A DNA stretch of 63,027 nt, filler included, from Anaerolineae bacterium (GTDB taxonomy: Bacteria > Chloroflexota > Anaerolineae > Epilineales > Epilineaceae), in NCBI GenBank assembly GCA_029262755.1. It is 7 parts of 7 records of this genome, joined end to end, with 100 filler letters (N's around TTAATTAATTAA, not from the genome) between each part and the next. Parts side by side here need not be neighbours in the genome. Positions count along the whole stretch, not along the records: positions 18,094 to 22,800 come from JAJCYU010000095.1; positions 22,901 to 30,941 come from JAJCYU010000096.1; 5 more parts are not named here. One strand, 5' to 3'. Below are positions 18,889 to 28,738 of the stretch, piece by piece. Under the pieces are notes generated by a model. The model saw only the letters and a list, made by a program, of their open reading frames with translations, searched no databases and was not told the origin of the DNA. Position 1 is the stretch's first letter. Every line of letters begins with the position of its first letter. A program made the translations under genes and the position numbers.

Positions 18889-20418
18889 TCAAGATTCCGG
18901 TTCCTCCTGTACGAGCGCACGCAGCCAGGCGAGTGCGTCCTGTGCGCCCGGCCAATGCGCGAACCGGGCCGTCGCGCCGAGTACATCGACGCCGGCCGTC
19001 GTGTAGCGCGCGTTTGCGTCGCGCAGCGCGTCCTCGGCCGCCGCCGAATCGTCGAGCGCCCACAGCGAGAGCCCGAGCGCCAACGCGGCGTCGCCGTCTT
19101 CGGAGGCGACGCGCGCCGCCTCAGTGAACGCGTCCCGCGCGCCGGCATAGTCGTTCGAGAAATACAGCGCTTGACCGAGGGTGAGCAGCCCCGAGCGGTT
19201 CTCCGGGTCCAGCGCGAGCGCTTCCCGAAACGCAGACACAGCCAGGGCGACGCGTCCGGCATCGTAGTAGGCTTCACCAAAGCGTAGCCAACTGGACGGC
19301 GTCCAAGTGCGCAGGTCGCGTGAGCGCTGCGCGGATCGCTCTGCGCCCTCGAGGTCGCCGGTGTGCACCAAGGCCGTGGCCCGGATCAGATGGGCCTGAC
19401 CGTCGTCCGGGAACACGGACACGGTCTCGCCGGCGAGGGCCGCCGCATCGCCCGCCCTGCCGACCGCCAACAGCGTCTCGATCTTCCCGAAGCGGCCCCT
19501 AGGATCGCTCGGGTCGACGCGGATGGCGTCGTCGTAGGCCTCCAAGGCGCCGACTACGTCACCCTCTAGGATTCGCCGTTCGGCCAGGCGGTGAAAGTCG
19601 CCCGCGTTGCCGCCCTGCCTCGCGGCCTGTTCCGCGTGCTGGCTGGCGTCCGTGGATTCGGCCAACTCGGCATGTCGTTCCAGCAGCGCCTCGCCCTCTT
19701 CCTCGAAACCTCCGCGCAGGAGCAACTGGCCCAAGTTTAGGGTGGCGGCCACGTGCGTGGGGTCCTGTTCGACCGCACGCCGAAAGTCTTCGATGGCCTC
19801 CGCATCCTGACCGGCCGCCCTGCGAGCCAGCCCGAGCTCCGCCCAAACATCCGCGCCGTTATCCGTGGAGGCCGCCGGGAAGAGCCGGGCAATGGCCTCT
19901 TCATGACGTTCGAGCACGGACAACTGCCGACCCGCGAGCATGACCATTTCCGTATCCGTCGGCTCGATCGCCAAGAATCGTTCCGCCGCGTCCAGCGCCG
20001 CCTCGCGCTCGGCCAGGATCTCAAGAGCACCGGCCAAGGCGCGCAGGCTGGGCAAATGGCGCGGGTCGCGGGCAAGCTCCGCTTCGAAGTCGAGCACGCC
20101 GCCACCTGCATCGTCGAGGTTGAGGCGCAATATTCCGAGGGCGTAGCGAAGCTCCGGCCCCTCGGGCTCCTGTGAGATCGCGACCTCCGCGACCTCGACC
20201 GCGGACTCGCTCTCGCCACGCCCCATCAGCTGCTGGATCTGAGCGAGCGCTTGCGCCACGTAGGGGCTCGTGGTCGCGGTCGGCACAGCTTCCGCGCCGC
20301 CGCTCACCGTCGAACCGCCAACTGGCGTGCCGCGGTCACATGCCCCGAGCCCGGTCAGCAGGGCAATGAGCGCCCAGCCGGTCCATCGCCGTCGCGTGTC
20401 GTGCATCGGCATGCGCAT
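18889..20418 (-). CDS. TPR-repeat lipoprotein
   Basis: LTGLGAC lipobox and multiple TPR-like helical repeats. Confidence 0.8.
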   Translation of the reverse strand: MRMPMHDTRRRWTGWALIALLTGLGACDRGTPVGGSTVSGGAEAVPTATTSPYVAQALAQIQQLMGRGESESAVEVAEVAISQEPEGPELRYALGILRLNLDDAGGGVLDFEAELARDPRHLPSLRALAGALEILAEREAALDAAERFLAIEPTDTEMVMLAGRQLSVLERHEEAIARLFPAASTDNGADVWAELGLARRAAGQDAEAIEDFRRAVEQDPTHVAATLNLGQLLLRGGFEEEGEALLERHAELAESTDASQHAEQAARQGGNAGDFHRLAERRILEGDVVGALEAYDDAIRVDPSDPRGRFGKIETLLAVGRAGDAAALAGETVSVFPDDGQAHLIRATALVHTGDLEGAERSAQRSRDLRTWTPSSWLRFGEAYYDAGRVALAVSAFREALALDPENRSGLLTLGQALYFSNDYAGARDAFTEAARVASEDGDAALALGLSLWALDDSAAAEDALRDANARYTTAGVDVLGATARFAHWPGAQDALAWLRALVQEEPES

Positions 20419-20419
20419 G

Positions 20420-22369
20420 CTAGCCCTCCTCTTGGCGGATTACGTGGACCGCGTCCAACGTAAGCTCCGCGCCGTCGATCTCCGTGATGTCGCCTTCCGG
20501 CCAACGCACGATCACCCTCTCCAGCCGCGTGACATCGCCGAGCCCGAAGTGCAGCCGCGGATCGCCCTGCGCCAAATAGCTATCGCCGGCGCGTAGCTCC
20601 GCGATCCAGGTGCGGCTTGCGTTCGCCGGATCAGGGGCGCCCGTTGCGCGCTTCCCGCCGGCTCCCATTCCAGAGGCATGGGCGATCACCGTGGCGCGTG
20701 CTCCTACGGCGGAGCGGCCACCGTACTTGCTGCGTAGATCGAGCATGATCCAACGCCCTGCGCGCTCCGTGTAGTTGCGCAGCAGTACGGCGGGTTCGTC
20801 GCATTGGGCGACCAACAGATCCAAGTCTCCGTCGTCGTCGTAATCAGCCGCCGCGACCGCGCGGCTGACGCCGGAGGTCGCGAAATGCGCACCGGAAGCA
20901 TCGGAGATATCGCGGAAGACGCCATCGCCCCGGTTCTCGAAGAGCTGGTTCGGCTGCGCGAAGGTCAGCGTATCGCTTAGCTCCGCCACGTTGTCCAGCA
21001 GATGGCCGTTGGCAACGAACAGATCGAGATCACCGTCGAGATCGAGGTCGAAGAGCTGCGCCCCAAACCCAACGCGGGTGATGCTCGGTCCGGCCAGGCC
21101 GGAAGGCTCGCTCGCATCATCAAAGCCGGCTTTCCCTAGATTGCGATACAAGGTGTTCGTCTCGAAGTCCAAGTGGGTGACGAAGAGGTCGAGCCGCCCG
21201 ATGCCGGCCGTATCGCCGACCGCGATGCCCATGCCGGCCTCGGTCTCGCCGTTGCGGTTGAAGGCGCTGCCGCTGCGGATCCCGATATCGCGAAAGGTGC
21301 CGTCTCCCTCATTCTGGTACAGGAAGTTGCGCGTGGAATCGTTGGCGACATAGAGATCGACGTCGCCATCGTCGTCCGCATCCAACCACGCCGCGCCAAG
21401 ACCCTTGCCCTGGGCAGGGTTGGTTATCTGCACGCCCGCAGCCACGGTGACGTCCTCGAAGACGCCGTCGCCGGTGTTGCGATAGAGAATATCCGACACG
21501 CCGCCGAAGTTGTCCGGGTGACAATAGTGCGGGCGATCTTCGGCCTCACACACGATGGGTGAATCGAGCCGGTAGTCCACGTAATTGGTCACATAGAGGT
21601 CCAGCCAGCCGTCGCGATCGTAGTCGGCGAAGGCGCAACTCGCGCTCCAAGCCGGGTTGTTGATCCCCGCCTCTTCCGTGACGTCTTCAAAGACGCCGCT
21701 GCCGTCGTTGGAATACAAGCGGTCGGCTCCGAAGTTCGTCACGTGGACATCCACGTCCCCGTCGTTGTCCACGTCGGCGTAGCACGCGCCCATTCCATAA
21801 CCCGTGTCGCCCAGGCCGCTGCCTTCGGTCACGTCCTCAAACGAACCGTCGCCCCGGTTGCGAAAGAGTTGGTTGGGCAGCGGTGTCTGATCGGGATAGC
21901 CGGGCAGCGGTCCGCTCTGGATGAGGTAGGCATCCAGCAGCCCGTCGCCGTCCGCGTCCAGCCATCCCGCGCCGCCGGTCATCGTTTCGACCATGTAGCG
22001 CGCACCACTACCGCCGTGAACGTGCTTGAAGTCGATGCCCGCAGCCGCCTGCGCCGCGACGAGCCGCTCGGCCACCGCCACGGGTTCTTCCCAGCCGCCC
22101 GGAGCCGGCGACGCCGCCGTTGCGGCAGTCGGAGCGCTTCCCTTCGTCGCAGGAGGAGCTTCGGTCAATGCATTCGACAGCCCTTCACGTCCCTCGCCGG
22201 GGGGTGCACAGGCCACTAGCATGAGCGCAAGCGCCCCGGCGAGCACGGGGCCCTTGGCGCGCGCTGCGATCCCGTTCAGATCCAACGCGCGCCGACCCGG
22301 GCATAGGGCGGGCGGCATCGCCCCGATGCCGGACGGGGATGTGCGATTCGACGTTTTTCGTGCGCGCAT
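20420..22369 (-). CDS. CRTAC1-like FG-GAP repeat / ASPIC-UnbV protein (start uncertain)
   Basis: Repeated D.D.DG..D loops, LYRN.GDG.F.DVT repeats, and C-terminal SYLAQGDPRLHFGLG...VRWP. Confidence 0.85.
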   Translation of the reverse strand: MRARKTSNRTSPSGIGAMPPALCPGRRALDLNGIAARAKGPVLAGALALMLVACAPPGEGREGLSNALTEAPPATKGSAPTAATAASPAPGGWEEPVAVAERLVAAQAAAGIDFKHVHGGSGARYMVETMTGGAGWLDADGDGLLDAYLIQSGPLPGYPDQTPLPNQLFRNRGDGSFEDVTEGSGLGDTGYGMGACYADVDNDGDVDVHVTNFGADRLYSNDGSGVFEDVTEEAGINNPAWSASCAFADYDRDGWLDLYVTNYVDYRLDSPIVCEAEDRPHYCHPDNFGGVSDILYRNTGDGVFEDVTVAAGVQITNPAQGKGLGAAWLDADDDGDVDLYVANDSTRNFLYQNEGDGTFRDIGIRSGSAFNRNGETEAGMGIAVGDTAGIGRLDLFVTHLDFETNTLYRNLGKAGFDDASEPSGLAGPSITRVGFGAQLFDLDLDGDLDLFVANGHLLDNVAELSDTLTFAQPNQLFENRGDGVFRDISDASGAHFATSGVSRAVAAADYDDDGDLDLLVAQCDEPAVLLRNYTERAGRWIMLDLRSKYGGRSAVGARATVIAHASGMGAGGKRATGAPDPANASRTWIAELRAGDSYLAQGDPRLHFGLGDVTRLERVIVRWPEGDITEIDGAELTLDAVHVIRQEEG

Positions 22370-22800
22370 GGTGGGGTCTCGCGTGCGGAGAGGAGGGGCG
22401 CGGCAGTCTAGCACCGCGGCCGGCGCCCTCTCAACCCAGGCCGGATCCGCGTGGCCCGCTCCCCCCGCCACGTCCCGCCCGCGCGACGCCCTCGTGCATC
22501 TACACGCCGCCCGAACGCGGCTCCGGCGATTCGCCCGTCGGCCCCTGCGCTTGGCCTTGGCATGCTTCCTGCCGCCGATACGGGATCGCAGTGCCCGCTC
22601 GATACCCACCGCGCGACCGGGAAGCCCGCGATCAAATCCGTCGGCGAAGCAGTAGAATGACAGCACGTTGCCGATCGCGGGCCGAGTTTCGCCAGCGCGC
22701 CGCCCGCCGCCCACCGCCCGCAGTCCACAGCCCGCAGTCCCTTTCCCGCACGCCTCCGTCGGCTCTCCCCCCCCCCCCCCCGCGTGCCGCACGTGTCGGA

Positions 22801-22900
22801 NNNNNNNNNNNNNNNNNNNNNNNNNNNNNNNNNNNNNNNNNNNNTTAATTAATTAANNNNNNNNNNNNNNNNNNNNNNNNNNNNNNNNNNNNNNNNNNNN
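22801..22900. other. Artificial contig spacer
   Basis: N/TTAATTAATTAA linker. Confidence 0.98.
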
Positions 22901-23670
22901 TCGCGACGTCGCGCGCGGCGGCTACGGCCACGGCGGCCGCGGGCGGAGGCCTGCCGGGTCCGTCGCGGCCGGTATGCACACCGATCGTGACGCCCGGCGC
23001 CGTGGTCACCAAGGCGCCGCCCTTCTCCGCCTACCTACCGATGGCGCAACGGCAGGCGGAAGGCCGATGTCCGCCAACGCGTGAAGGCATTGACCTCGCC
23101 CTCGTCCTCGATATGAGCACGTCAATGCTGCGATCGACGCGCTCGGGTCGCGCCAAAGCGGATGCTGCGATCGCGGCGGCCGGCGAGCTCCTTGCCGGAC
23201 TGGCGCCGGAACTCGATCGCGCGGCGCTGGTTGGATTCCACGACGACGCCTGGATCGAAGCTCCGCTCGGCGCAACACCCGACGAGCTTGCGCGCGGCTT
23301 GGATCGGATGCGCACCCGGATCGCGGAAGGGACGCGTTTGGACCGGGCGCTGCGCGAAGGCGAGCGAGCGCTCAGCGGAGCACGCGGCGCCCGCCCGGTG
23401 CTGATCGTGCTCACCGATGGCCTGCCCAACCGCGTTCCCACACCACGAGCAGGAGGAAGCCAGGAGGACGCGGTGGCGCAGATCGCGGACGCCCTTCGGA
23501 AACGCGAAATCACGATCTACGCTGTCGGCATCGGCCTCCACGCCGACGTACTGGAGAGGCTTCTACAGCGCATAGCCGGCGATCCAGCGCGGACGAAGAT
23601 CGCACCGGACGCCGAGGATTTAGGAGCCATCTATCGCGAGATCGCAGGTCGGCTCCGCCGCTGTCCTTGA
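22901..23670 (+). CDS. VWA-domain protein, C-terminal part
   Basis: MIDAS DMSTSM, GTRLD and LTDGLPN, preceded by an AYLPMAQR motif. Confidence 0.8.
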
Positions 23671-23796
23671 GCGTGAATCGCGATTCACGGCTACCATCTC
23701 CCGATGATCCATGCGAGAAGACGAGATCGAAGCGGCGGTCTGCTGGCTAACCGGCGCCCGACAGAGCCTGCAGGGGTAATCGGGTGGCTGGCGTCG

Positions 23797-25176
23797 ATGA
23801 GGGCTGCGCTGTTGACCCCCGTGCTGGCATCCGTGCTGGCCGTGGGCTGCACGGCGTCTGCGCCGGATTCCACTCCCGCGGACGGCATCGCGCTCGACGC
23901 CGCTTCGATCTACCACGCGATATCGGGCGCCGTCGCGTTCGTCGAGACGCCGCTGGGCACCGGATCGGCCGTCTTGATCGCGCCGGAGCGCCTGATCACG
24001 AACGCGCACGTGGTGTGGCCGGACGATCACGTGCGGGTCTACTTCCCTGACGGCACGGAGTTGGAGCGTGCTTCGGTTGTCGCGCTCGACAGCCTCCGAG
24101 ACCTGGCGCTGCTTGCGGCCCCGGGCGTCGGCACGGGCGGCAGCGGTCCGCAGCCGGTTTCCGTGCGTGCCAGCGAGACGCTCGTCGTGGGCGAGACGGT
24201 GCATCTGATCGGCTATCCGGCCGAGGTGGAAACGGATCCGCAGCCGGCGATCGCCAGCGGGTTGCTATCTCGTCGGCGTGATTGGGAGGCCGGCGCGCTG
24301 GCCTATTTCCAGACGGATGCGTCGATCGCGGGTGGCCAGAGCGGCGGCGCGCTGGTCGATGCCGAGGGAGCACTGGTCGGTATCTCCGGTCTGATCTTCG
24401 CCGAAGGGGCATTCGGCCTTGCCTCCGCGGCCGATCAGTCGATCGCCCAACTGCGAGGAATCGAGGACGGAATCGACGAGGCGAGCGCGGCACTGGCGGA
24501 TAGAGAGGATTTCCGCGATACCAGCGGTACGCACGAAGTGTTCGCGACCCTGGGCGGACCCTACGTGGAAGGCAGCTTCGTATTGACCGCGGCGTTCGGC
24601 GATGTCGTGGACATCGAGGCAGTTCCGGCACGGGACGCGGACGTCTTCCTGGAGCTCATCTCGCCCTACGGCGACCTCGACATCAACGCGGACGAGCTCG
24701 GGGCCGGCGGCGCAGAGACAGGTCAGACGACCTCGTTGGCGACGGGACCGCACCTCGTCGTGGTCGGGCGCGCAGACGGCGAGTCGGCTCCGACAACCGT
24801 GCGCCTGCGTTCCAGCCACCCATTGCGGCCGCTCCTCGATCCGGACGACGGTATGACGCTCGCTCCCGGCAGCAGCATCGTTGCCAGCCTCGACCACGCC
24901 GGCGATCGTGACGTGTTCACGCTGCGTGTGCCGCGGGGCCGTCCGTTGCGCATCACGGTGGATTCGGCCAACTTCGTGCCGGACCTTGTCCTAGAAGCGA
25001 GCGACGGATCCGCGGACTGGGTGCCCGGTGTTCCCGGGGCCGGCAACAGTCTCGGGCTCGCCGCCGAGGCGGATCTGCCGGCCGGTGATGCGGCAACATG
25101 GTCCGTGTACGTCGCCGACCTGGACGGCGTCGGGACGGGCGGCTATTTCCTCCACGTCCGCTTTGCCGACAACTAA
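23797..25176 (+). CDS. Trypsin-like serine protease lipoprotein with PPC-like C-terminal domains
   Basis: LAVGC lipobox; TNAHVV, DLALL and GQSGG catalytic triad. Confidence 0.85.
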   Translation: MRAALLTPVLASVLAVGCTASAPDSTPADGIALDAASIYHAISGAVAFVETPLGTGSAVLIAPERLITNAHVVWPDDHVRVYFPDGTELERASVVALDSLRDLALLAAPGVGTGGSGPQPVSVRASETLVVGETVHLIGYPAEVETDPQPAIASGLLSRRRDWEAGALAYFQTDASIAGGQSGGALVDAEGALVGISGLIFAEGAFGLASAADQSIAQLRGIEDGIDEASAALADREDFRDTSGTHEVFATLGGPYVEGSFVLTAAFGDVVDIEAVPARDADVFLELISPYGDLDINADELGAGGAETGQTTSLATGPHLVVVGRADGESAPTTVRLRSSHPLRPLLDPDDGMTLAPGSSIVASLDHAGDRDVFTLRVPRGRPLRITVDSANFVPDLVLEASDGSADWVPGVPGAGNSLGLAAEADLPAGDAATWSVYVADLDGVGTGGYFLHVRFADN

Positions 25177-25218
25177 TCGACCACCAGCCCCATACTCTCG
25201 ACCCCCTAGGAGTGGACC

Positions 25219-25584
25219 ATGCTTCGCGTTCTCCTCATTGCCGGCGGGCTCAGCGGCGCTATAGCGGTTGCCACCGGCGCTTTCGGCGCCCATGCATTGG
25301 AGGCACGTCTCAGCGCGGAGCGGCTGGCAACATGGGATCTCGCGTCGCGCTACCACCTCGTTCACTCGCTCGCGGCCATCGTTGCCGCTGTTGTTGCCGT
25401 GCAATGGCCCGATTCGCCGTGGGCCCTGCGTGGCGGGTGGTCGCTGCTTGCCGGCTGCCTCGTGTTTAGCGGGAGCCTGTATCTCCTGGCCCTGACCGAC
25501 CAACGTTGGCTTGGCGCCGTAACCCCGATCGGCGGTTTGCTCTTCATCGGTGGATGGCTGATGCTGGCCCTAGCTGGGCGCTGA
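25219..25584 (+). CDS. DUF423 family membrane protein
   Basis: GAFGAHAL, YHLVHS, FSGSLY and GAVTPIGG. Confidence 0.9.
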   Translation: MLRVLLIAGGLSGAIAVATGAFGAHALEARLSAERLATWDLASRYHLVHSLAAIVAAVVAVQWPDSPWALRGGWSLLAGCLVFSGSLYLLALTDQRWLGAVTPIGGLLFIGGWLMLALAGR

Positions 25585-25632
25585 GACCGGCGGTGGTATG
25601 CACGATGCGAACGCAGCGGTTTCGCGACTTCC

Positions 25633-25661
25633 TTGACAATACGTGAGTGCACGCTCATATT
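25633..25661 (+). promoter_or_regulatory. Putative sigma70 promoter with palindrome in the spacer
   Basis: TTGACA, 17 bp, CATATT; TGAGTG-CA-CGCTCA lies between the boxes; AGGAGG RBS before GTG 25697. Confidence 0.45.
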
Positions 25662-25696
25662 ACGGGAATCTCCGCGCAATCCTGTAGGAGGGCCTT

Positions 25697-28600
25697 GTGA
25701 ACTCGTGGGACGACAGCGTCGTCAGCTTGCTCTGCTTCGGCACATTGGTCCTGGTGCCGTTGGCGGTCGGTTATCATTGGCTACGGAGCATGTTGGCCCT
25801 TCGCGACGCCAAGATCGCGCGATTGCGCGATGACCTTCTCCAGGTTGTGTCGCGCCTGACTCGTCTCGAAGCAACGATTAACGACACAGACGACATCGTC
25901 GGGCAACGGGCAGTCGGGCGACGGGCAATGCCGCCTGCCGAGCTCGAAGCTCGATCCAACGTCCCATCGGGCGCTCCGCGCGATGCTGCGCCCGAACCCT
26001 CGAGGGAGGAGCGAGGCGCGTCGGAGCCGGCCGCCGCGGCGGGTCAAGCCGACCGCGCCCCCGATCTCGACGCCGGCGATCCGCCCATTGCAACCGATCC
26101 GCCGGCACCGCCCACGCCTTTCGACGCGGACGGGGCCGATCGCGTCGCTGCAACGGCAGGCACCGAATCGGGCGATGCAGCGTCGCAATCCGCAGCGCAG
26201 AACACGGGACGCGACGAGCCCTCGAGCGAGGGCCGCGCCCGCGACCCGCTCGGTCTGCGCGGCGGCAAGGGACGCTATCCCGCCGGCGGGCTCTCCGTAT
26301 CCACCGCCGGCGCTGCCCACGACCAACCCCCGCCCCCACCGCCGACACGCATTGGCTTGGAAGAGCGGCTCGGCGCGCGCCTTCCGGTGTGGTTAGGCTC
26401 GATCGCCCTGGCGATGGCGGGCGTCTTCCTCGTGCGTTATTCCATCGACCAAGGCTGGATCACCGAAACCTTGCGCGTGATGCTCGGGGTCATGCTCGGC
26501 ATCGGGATGCTGGGGGCCGGCGAGTGGCTCGGGACGCGCGCAGAGTCGATTGCAGCCGGCGTTTCCGCGGCCGGCATCGCCGTGCTGTATGCCGCGTTCC
26601 TGGCCGCGAGCGAACTGTACCACTTGGTGCCGAGCACGGTTGGGTTTGCGCTGACGGCGCTGGTCACCGCGACGGCCGTCGCGCTCAGCCTGCGCAGGGG
26701 GCCGATCGTTGCGATCATCGGCCTCATCGGGGGCCTCCTTACGCCGCAGCTGCTTCGGGGTGGCACCGACGCACACCCGGGCTTGATCCTGGCGTATCTG
26801 CTTGTTTTGCAGGCGGGCCTGCTCGCGGTCTCGAAGCAGCGTGATTGGTGGTGGTTGGCCGCAGCGGGCCTACTGCCCGCCCTGGCATGGGTGCTGCCAT
26901 GGTTTGATCAGGCGAGTGACCCAAGCCTGCGCCTCGTGATACACGGCTACCTGCTCATGTCTCTCGCTCTGTACGTTGCGGTCCTCCTTCGCTCCCAGAC
27001 ATCCAGCCTCGCCGCCGATGACCGTGCCGCCGACCGCTCGCCGGACCGCGCACTCGAGCAGGCGCTCTCGGTTCCGCTCCCGCGCCTCATCCTGTGGGCC
27101 GCCTTGATCTCGACCGTAGTACTCAGCTCGTCCATGGCGAGCGTCGCCGAATTCACGAACCTGGACTGGGGCGAGCTTTGGGTGATCGGCGCCGGAAGCA
27201 TCGTCCTCGGAGCGCGGCTCGAGGGCTCGATAGGTCTTCCGTGGTTGACCGCGCTCATCATCGGCACGAGCGTGGCCGGTTGGGCGGACGCCGGCTCCTC
27301 TGCAAGCGGCCCCAGCATCGCCCGCACGCTCTGGGTCACGCTTAGTTTCGGCTTGCTCTTCGGTGCGGGCGCGTATGGAGCCATGCAGCGCACCCGACCT
27401 GCATGGCCATGGGCCGCGCTCTGCTCCGTTTCGTCCGTCGGATTTCTTCTAATGGGCTTCTTCGCCACGCAAGTGCGCCTGCCTGGCGGCCCGCTCGGGC
27501 TCCCGTGGGGCGGCTGGTTCTTGTTGCTCGGAGCCCTGCTCACCCTGGGCGCGGTGCCCGTGGCGGCGCGCTGGAATCGCGAAGCGCAGGAGCCGGGCCC
27601 AGACAGCGTTCTCGGCTGGAACAGGCCGCTTGCTGCTTTGGCCGCCGGCGCAACGGCCTGCGCCGCCCTCGCGGTGCCGATCGAGCTCGCGTTGCAATGG
27701 ATCACGGTTGCTTGGGCCCTCGAGGTCGCCGCGTTGGCCTGGCTCGCGCGACGACTGCGGGTACCTGCGCTGCGGTTGCTGATATGGCCGCTGATGGTCT
27801 TCGTCGCCGTTCGGCTACTGGCCAATCCCGCGATCCTCTCCGCCTACCCCACAGGCGAAATGCCGATCCTAAACTGGATCTTGTACGGCTACGGCGCCCC
27901 GATCGCCGCATTCGCGTACGCGGCATACGCCGTGCGCAACGATGCCGACGAGCCACTCGCCCAGGTGCTGGAAGTGCTCGCGATGCTACTGGGTGGGGTG
28001 CTGATCACCCTGCAGATCATGCATTGGTTTGGAGAAGGCACGCTGTGGCACACCACGACCTGGATGGAGGCCACCCTCATCCCGATCGCGTGGACCCTCT
28101 ACGGTCTTGGCCTGCGCTACGTCGAACGATACGTATCGCTTCGATCCCTTCGCTTGGGCGGTTTGCTCTTTGCTCTCGCCGGACTCGGCGTAGGCGTCTT
28201 CTTGCAGCTGGGTCCGTGGAATCCGATTTGGTCGGGCCATGCCGTGGGCGACACGATCGTCTTCAACGGTCTCCTGCTGGCCTACGCCGTTCCCGCCTTG
28301 CTTGCCCTCGTGCTGGCGCGCGATATCGCCCGCAGCCCCGACATGAGCGACCGGAAGGAATTGCTCATCGGGCTCGGGATCATCGCCGTCGTCATGGGAT
28401 TCGTGTGGATCAACTGGGAAGTTCGTCATCTGTTCCATGGCTCGCAGCTGAGCGGTCCGACGTCCTCGAGCGTGGAGCCCATCGCGTACACCGTTGCCTG
28501 GGTCCTGTACGGTCTTGTCTTGCTTGCGATCGGGCTCCTCCGTGGAAGCTTGACCGCGCGCAGAGCTTCGCTTGCCATGCTCATGTTGGCCTTCGCCAAG

Positions 28601-28738
28601 GCCGCGCTCTACGACACGCGTCAACTCGACGAGCTGGCGCGCATTCTGAGCTTCCTGCTCTTGGGGGTGAGCCTGCTGTTCCTCGCCTGGATCTACCAAC
28701 GGTTCGTGTTCCATTCCGATCGGGAGGCCGGTTCGTGA
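25697..28738 (+). CDS. DUF2339 family large polytopic membrane protein
   Basis: LEERLGARLPVWLG...FLVRYSI, GGLLTP and terminal RILSFLLLG...YQR; many TM helices. Confidence 0.85.
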   Translation: MNSWDDSVVSLLCFGTLVLVPLAVGYHWLRSMLALRDAKIARLRDDLLQVVSRLTRLEATINDTDDIVGQRAVGRRAMPPAELEARSNVPSGAPRDAAPEPSREERGASEPAAAAGQADRAPDLDAGDPPIATDPPAPPTPFDADGADRVAATAGTESGDAASQSAAQNTGRDEPSSEGRARDPLGLRGGKGRYPAGGLSVSTAGAAHDQPPPPPPTRIGLEERLGARLPVWLGSIALAMAGVFLVRYSIDQGWITETLRVMLGVMLGIGMLGAGEWLGTRAESIAAGVSAAGIAVLYAAFLAASELYHLVPSTVGFALTALVTATAVALSLRRGPIVAIIGLIGGLLTPQLLRGGTDAHPGLILAYLLVLQAGLLAVSKQRDWWWLAAAGLLPALAWVLPWFDQASDPSLRLVIHGYLLMSLALYVAVLLRSQTSSLAADDRAADRSPDRALEQALSVPLPRLILWAALISTVVLSSSMASVAEFTNLDWGELWVIGAGSIVLGARLEGSIGLPWLTALIIGTSVAGWADAGSSASGPSIARTLWVTLSFGLLFGAGAYGAMQRTRPAWPWAALCSVSSVGFLLMGFFATQVRLPGGPLGLPWGGWFLLLGALLTLGAVPVAARWNREAQEPGPDSVLGWNRPLAALAAGATACAALAVPIELALQWITVAWALEVAALAWLARRLRVPALRLLIWPLMVFVAVRLLANPAILSAYPTGEMPILNWILYGYGAPIAAFAYAAYAVRNDADEPLAQVLEVLAMLLGGVLITLQIMHWFGEGTLWHTTTWMEATLIPIAWTLYGLGLRYVERYVSLRSLRLGGLLFALAGLGVGVFLQLGPWNPIWSGHAVGDTIVFNGLLLAYAVPALLALVLARDIARSPDMSDRKELLIGLGIIAVVMGFVWINWEVRHLFHGSQLSGPTSSSVEPIAYTVAWVLYGLVLLAIGLLRGSLTARRASLAMLMLAFAKAALYDTRQLDELARILSFLLLGVSLLFLAWIYQRFVFHSDREAGS

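Noticed and set aside
27403..28734. N-terminal 444 aa of the 1141-aa ORF in the track
   Set aside because: Shadow frame overlapping DUF2339; the real start is probably GTG 28735.
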